64,000 bases of DNA, taken from positions 5,141,709 through 5,205,708 of the forward strand of contig CAJINV010000002.1 of NCBI GenBank assembly GCA_905178155.1, read 5' to 3'. The DNA comes from Amoebophrya sp. A120 (Eukaryota; Protista; Dinoflagellata). Each line of letters begins with the position of its first letter. Position 1 is the first letter of the stretch. Shown here in pieces: positions 59,277-64,000 of the stretch. Position numbers and translations under genes: made by a program. The notes under the pieces were generated by a model. That model did not search any database, was not told the origin of the DNA, and was given only the letters and a program-made list of their open reading frames with translations.

Positions 59277-61994
59277 ATGGCAAAAGCTGCGACCACGACT
59301 TCACCGAAGCTCCCCAATCCGAAAAGACCCAGCATGAAAAATGCGAAAGGAAAGGGAAAAGGAAAAGCGAAGTTCAAGCAGCACAACAAGGGGCAAAAAA
59401 AAGAGCATCAGCTGCACAAGAGGAAGAATGTTACTACGAAGGAACCAGACGACCCGCTCGCGGCCAAAAGCGACACTACACCCGGAGCTGCAGCTGCGAT
59501 TTCGTCGAAGCTAAAACGGGAGAGGAAAGAGCGGGTCTTCCAGTTGAACAAGGAGCTGGCGAAATTGGCCAAGTACCGCAGCAACGATGATTGTCAGAAA
59601 AAGTTGCAGGAAGTGCTGCAGAAATTTCAAGCAGAAAACCTCGACTTTTCCTCCCACACGCTTTCCACCGTGATTAACTGCTACGTGAGACTGGGCAAAT
59701 TAGCGGAGGCGTTGCGGGTTTTCCATGACCAGGAGAGCCGACGCAATGATCATGGCGGGACGAGTGCAGGAGCTACGACTTCGACTGGTTCGACTGCCTT
59801 CTTCGAGAAGAACCTTGTGGCTGCGACGGCCTTGCTGAAGGGAGTGTTTGTGGAGGGGGGAGACGTGGAGAATGCGAAGAGGTTGGTGCAGAAATTTGTG
59901 ATGTGCAGAAGCTGCAACAGCAGTGCAATAAAAGCAGAAATGAACAAGGAGGAAACCGCTCGAGACTCTTTCGACGCCGAAGCGCACTCCCGGTTCATCA
60001 CGACGTTTTTCCGCGGATGCTTGCGCTGGGGCGAAGTGGAGTTGGCGATGTCGTTTTACACACAGCTACGCACTACTGCGCCTGCTGCTGGTGATACTAT
60101 TGCATCACTACAAACAGCTGGAGCGACTTCTTCGTCGTGCGCGTCGGAACACGAGCAGAGCAAAACAAAAGGCGTTCTTTCCCGCTCAGTACTTTTACCA
60201 GAGGCGGGATTGGTCTACTTGGTGAAGCTGTGTGCGCAGGCGTTGAGATTAAAGACCGCGAAGGAGATTTTAGAAGAGAACGGGATGGATTTGTTCGGCG
60301 ATAGTATCAAGACGATGGACAGTTTTTCTGTACTCCCAGACGTTGAAAAAGTAGAACAGCTGCCAGAAGACGCACAGAAACAAAGCACTGAGAGGACGTC
60401 GACATCATCAAGAGCGAAGGACGGGGAACAGGAGAATAAATCTTCGTCAAAAGAAAAGGCCAACCTGTTCAAGCAGTGCCTTCTCTCGAAAGTATCCATG
60501 CTGACCGCGATCGCCCGCGCCCGGCTGTTGATGCGGCAGAAAGCAAAATTTTCGAAAACGAGGAAGCAGGCGGGAAAGATTTTGAAGAAATTTTTCTCCA
60601 CCACCGCAGCAGCGAAGCGGGAGGAGAAGAACAAAAAACAGAAAACTACGAAGGATTCCTTCGCGACGTTCCAAGTGCACTCCGCAAAGGACCTGCAGCA
60701 GGAACTGAAACAATTGGAAGCGTTGTCCACCGGGTTTCTGAATGCAGCAGCAGAAGAGACGGTGGTTGAAGAAAATCAAGCCGATAGTAAATACGGCTAC
60801 CTCGAGGATTGCTACAATCGCTTTTCTTTCACGGGGTTGGCACCCATAGACGGGAACAAGGGCAAATTGGGTAAGACCTCCGAACATGAGCCGCTTGCTA
60901 GTAAAATGAATGCGGATCATTCTTCCTCTAGTTCTAGTACCGCTCGGGATCGCAGAACAGACTTGGGCTACCGGGCCGCCGCGCAAGGGCCGCTTGAACA
61001 AGGAACGAGACTACACCCTGCTGCAGCACCTTCGACCGATCATGGTAAAAAAACCTCCGCATCCAGTGCGAAGCTGATCGTCGAAGTGGGCGCGGGCAAC
61101 GGAGACTGGATTTTGCAGAAGGCAAGAGACTACCAAGAACTACAAAATAAGGGAGCAACTACGTCTTCCCCTGCAAAACCCCTCCCGCAACCCACCCGGT
61201 TCATCGCCTCTGAGCTGCGGTTTGAGCGTTGCGCGCGGATTTGGTCGGATGCAGTGCTGCAAAAGTTGGACAACGTGGAAGTCATCGGCGGCGACGCGAA
61301 AGTCGCTTTGTCGAGGAACGAGAATCATCTAATGTCACGAACGTGGTCAGGGACCACGATGAACAATGAAAGCAAAGCAGGGCAACTCGTCGCTGCTGTG
61401 AAGCCAGATTCTGTGGACCTCTTAATCAGCAACTTCCCCGAGCCGCCGCAGTGGAACTTCAAGATGAGCGAAAGGGGTAGTTCATCTTCTGTTCCTGCAG
61501 TAGAAACAAGCGCCGCGTTGTCGTCGTCGGAGGTAGAAAAGAATAAAGCTGCCGTCGACCTACAGGATCACGCAGCAGAAGAACAACAAGCGGAGCTGCA
61601 ACATGAAAATCACCTGTTGACCAAAGATTTCCTGAACAACGTCGTGCATAAGCTGTTGAAGAAAAACCAATGTGGTGTCTTCCTCGTGTTTTCCGACAAT
61701 CTGAATTATTTGCACTGGATCGCGAATTTTGCCTTAGACAAAAAGCTGTGGGCGGAAGCTGGGGATAAAGATAAAGAAACTGGGTATAATGGTGCGGAGG
61801 AAGGAACTGCAGAAGATTCATCTAGTGCGGAGGACATCAACTCCGGCGCAGCGAAAAAAAAGAGTATGAAGATAAAAGTTCACGAAGGCCGCCCTTCGGA
61901 GTGTGTAACGACGAAGAAAACATACTTTGACCGCCTCTGGGCGCAGGGGAAGAAGAACAGTCGGGGGTACGTCAGGGTCGTCGCCGTGAAGTGA
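59277..61994 (+). CDS. PPR-like N-terminal region fused to a TrmB-like (tRNA m7G46-type) SAM-dependent methyltransferase
   Basis: PPR-like segments (TLSTVINCYVRLGKLAEALRVF; FITTFFRGCLRWGEVELAMSFY). Methyltransferase motifs IVEVGAGNG, FIASELRFER, VIGGDA, LLISNFPEP (cf. FPDPW), VFSDNLNY, KTYFDR. Intronless. Confidence 0.8.
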   Translation: MAKAATTTSPKLPNPKRPSMKNAKGKGKGKAKFKQHNKGQKKEHQLHKRKNVTTKEPDDPLAAKSDTTPGAAAAISSKLKRERKERVFQLNKELAKLAKYRSNDDCQKKLQEVLQKFQAENLDFSSHTLSTVINCYVRLGKLAEALRVFHDQESRRNDHGGTSAGATTSTGSTAFFEKNLVAATALLKGVFVEGGDVENAKRLVQKFVMCRSCNSSAIKAEMNKEETARDSFDAEAHSRFITTFFRGCLRWGEVELAMSFYTQLRTTAPAAGDTIASLQTAGATSSSCASEHEQSKTKGVLSRSVLLPEAGLVYLVKLCAQALRLKTAKEILEENGMDLFGDSIKTMDSFSVLPDVEKVEQLPEDAQKQSTERTSTSSRAKDGEQENKSSSKEKANLFKQCLLSKVSMLTAIARARLLMRQKAKFSKTRKQAGKILKKFFSTTAAAKREEKNKKQKTTKDSFATFQVHSAKDLQQELKQLEALSTGFLNAAAEETVVEENQADSKYGYLEDCYNRFSFTGLAPIDGNKGKLGKTSEHEPLASKMNADHSSSSSSTARDRRTDLGYRAAAQGPLEQGTRLHPAAAPSTDHGKKTSASSAKLIVEVGAGNGDWILQKARDYQELQNKGATTSSPAKPLPQPTRFIASELRFERCARIWSDAVLQKLDNVEVIGGDAKVALSRNENHLMSRTWSGTTMNNESKAGQLVAAVKPDSVDLLISNFPEPPQWNFKMSERGSSSSVPAVETSAALSSSEVEKNKAAVDLQDHAAEEQQAELQHENHLLTKDFLNNVVHKLLKKNQCGVFLVFSDNLNYLHWIANFALDKKLWAEAGDKDKETGYNGAEEGTAEDSSSAEDINSGAAKKKSMKIKVHEGRPSECVTTKKTYFDRLWAQGKKNSRGYVRVVAVK

Positions 61995-62526
61995 TGCAAA
62001 GGAGGTTGAGATCATAATTCAAATTCTTTGACTGCATCACAGCGGTGGGCTACTGAATTTCACAGGGTGAAAGTCAATGAAACTTACTTCATCTGTGATC
62101 GATCGTGGAGAACGTGAAACTACCACCGCAATTACTGATTCCGTTCGAGGACAGGTCGACCAGCATGATGCGACAAAGCGAATGATAAGGAAGAAACAAG
62201 AAAGCAAAAACCTTTTGAATGAGACATTTTGCTGCTCGTATGTGGGTGGTGTTCCTGGTCGTGTCAGCGCGTGTTCTGTCAACATATCCGGGAAAAATAC
62301 TTTTGGCGATGAAGCTTGGCAGTTTATTCTTGTTCTCTTTCTATATGATTTTGATGAATTTTCTGTGCTTCGCGCTCCACTGTCCTATTTCAGGTGAGTC
62401 TTGCTTGTGAATCTGAATCTGTGTCGTGGCTGTGCTTCTATGTGAATTCATACTTGAGGTGCTTCCGTGGTAAACAAACGGCCCTGGTCAAAATTTATTA
62501 TTCAAAGCACAAGCAGCACCAGCACA

Positions 62527-64000
62527 ATGACAATGACTTCGACGTCCTCCGACCAGAGGCATCATCCTCCGTCGCTTCCCCGGAAGCGTGCAGAGCCTGC
62601 TGCACATGAAGACCTGACAGCAGACCACGTAGGTTTCCAAGTGCAGCGAGAACATGCGACGTCCACGCCTTCCGAGGACAAAGCACGATTAGCTCCAGGA
62701 GCCACCGACAGGATCTCTCTCGAGCAGGCGAAGCTGCTGCAGGCGCTTCTCACTGCGGAGCTGTATGAAGAGTTGGTCTATCCAACGCCTCCACCGCATT
62801 GGTTTCCAGAAGACAAAACGCGACCGATTGGTGACGTCGAACCATCTTCGACAGAACATCCAGCAGGTACTACAGTTTTTTCCCCGCTGACATCTTCTTC
62901 GAAGGTGGAAAATAAAATGCCGCGGGGAACGAGCCACAAAGAAAAAACGCACCATCCTCATGGCGATTGGGACCACCTGGTCGAGTGGAACGAGGGGGAA
63001 AATTCGTGGCAAATCCAAAAACCCTTCCGCACCTACGCGGCCGTTGTCGGGGATTTAAACGACGTCCACAACGTGCAGATCCGCTGTTTGCTCTGCAAAA
63101 ACGCGCGGGGCAGGCCGATTTACTTCGACAAGTGGCATTTCGAGTCCGACAAACACAAAGCGCACATTGTCGATCGGGAGAGAGTGCTTGACATAGCACT
63201 GGGACTGAAATTTGGAGCAGTACAACCGAGGCTGCTGGCGGAGAGTTCTTTGCTCTCCGGCGGTAGAAGAAGTACTGCTGCGGCTTCGTCGAAGGGAAAG
63301 AAACTCTCAGCCTCGTCCTCAAAAGTATTAGGATACACGTCGGGCGGAAAAGAAAATCAATTCCTCGATTTAACCCGTCCGTTCAAATACTTTCCCCCCT
63401 TGATCATTCTGCGCAGGTGGTGCGAAAAAACCAGAACCCTCCGCCCTATGCTGCATTGCCTGCTGTGTGCGCAGTTCAAAGATTGCTTCCAGTGCGACGA
63501 GCCAGTGACGAGAAGGCTATGGCGGCTTATGTTGACGGCAAATAAGAACATGGAAGACGAAGACAGACAATCGGAGGACACAGAGCGGCTGTTGGAAACC
63601 GTCAAGCACGGGTTGAATTCGATCAACAGCTGCTGGCGGCACCGAAACGAAGTGTATTACGCTTACAGCAACGAGGCGTGGGACTCGGCACACGCGAAAA
63701 AAGCGCGGTGGAAGGTCGAGCGCATGCGAGAGTTCGTCCTACAGTCAGATCCGGTTTTCTACCGAGATGGGAAAGGATTTCCGTTTGATCAGGCGTATTT
63801 TTGGGGGGATATAATCGACGAGGACGATGAGCAGGGTCGTTCCGGGGAAGATGACTTTATTTGCATACCGGCAGTTCCACCAGCAACTCCGGGCCTTCTT
63901 GTGTCTGGAGAGACAGAGGTCAACAGTAATGCAGGAAGAACACCAAAGAATGGCTCTCCCCAAGTAGACATTGTGCCTCGAGAACAAACGGACTTGCTGA
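62527..64000 (+). CDS. protein with a U1/matrin-type C2H2 zinc-finger-like motif; runs off the window end
   Basis: Frame appears open from ATG 62527 to 64000. Contains RCLLCKNARGRPIYFDKWHFESDKHKAH and a second LHCLLC motif. Confidence 0.7.
   Translation, partial: MTMTSTSSDQRHHPPSLPRKRAEPAAHEDLTADHVGFQVQREHATSTPSEDKARLAPGATDRISLEQAKLLQALLTAELYEELVYPTPPPHWFPEDKTRPIGDVEPSSTEHPAGTTVFSPLTSSSKVENKMPRGTSHKEKTHHPHGDWDHLVEWNEGENSWQIQKPFRTYAAVVGDLNDVHNVQIRCLLCKNARGRPIYFDKWHFESDKHKAHIVDRERVLDIALGLKFGAVQPRLLAESSLLSGGRRSTAAASSKGKKLSASSSKVLGYTSGGKENQFLDLTRPFKYFPPLIILRRWCEKTRTLRPMLHCLLCAQFKDCFQCDEPVTRRLWRLMLTANKNMEDEDRQSEDTERLLETVKHGLNSINSCWRHRNEVYYAYSNEAWDSAHAKKARWKVERMREFVLQSDPVFYRDGKGFPFDQAYFWGDIIDEDDEQGRSGEDDFICIPAVPPATPGLLVSGETEVNSNAGRTPKNGSPQVDIVPREQTDLL

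Noticed and set aside
1-64000. rRNA, tRNA or relic dinoflagellate spliced-leader sequences
   Set aside because: None noticed by eye; tRNAscan-SE, Infernal and an exact search for CCGTAGCCATTTTGGCTCAAG would be needed to exclude them.

Overview
Eukaryotic, gene-dense, intron-containing DNA. All host genes lie on the + strand and several are interrupted by non-canonical, inverted-repeat-bounded introns (introners). This combination most resembles the parasitic dinoflagellate Amoebophrya (Syndiniales); the taxon is inferred, not checked. The standout feature is an apparently intact 14,860-bp DNA transposon (792-15651) with 381-bp terminal inverted repeats (TIRs) and an 8-bp target-site duplication (TSD, AGGCAGTA). 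It carries three genes: (i) a spliced ~1,300-aa hAT-like DDE transposase, (ii) a spliced ~780-aa orphan gene, and (iii) an intronless tyrosine recombinase lying antisense inside an intron of the orphan gene. Each TIR ends internally exactly at a 17-6-17 bp loxP/dif-like palindrome, which suggests a transposon with its own site-specific recombination system. Host genes downstream: a giant protein with 8 copies of an unrecognised repeat, a membrane-anchored DUF1810-like protein, a RAP-domain protein, a DHHC palmitoyltransferase, an RRM-WW-RRM protein, two tandem paralogous helical-repeat proteins, a PPR-like/TrmB-like methyltransferase fusion and a zinc-finger protein. At least 8 introners with TAT(C/G) termini and 5-bp direct repeats interrupt these genes, and most share a TGTCATG motif with the TIRs of the giant element. 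Exon boundaries were derived by eye and are approximate.
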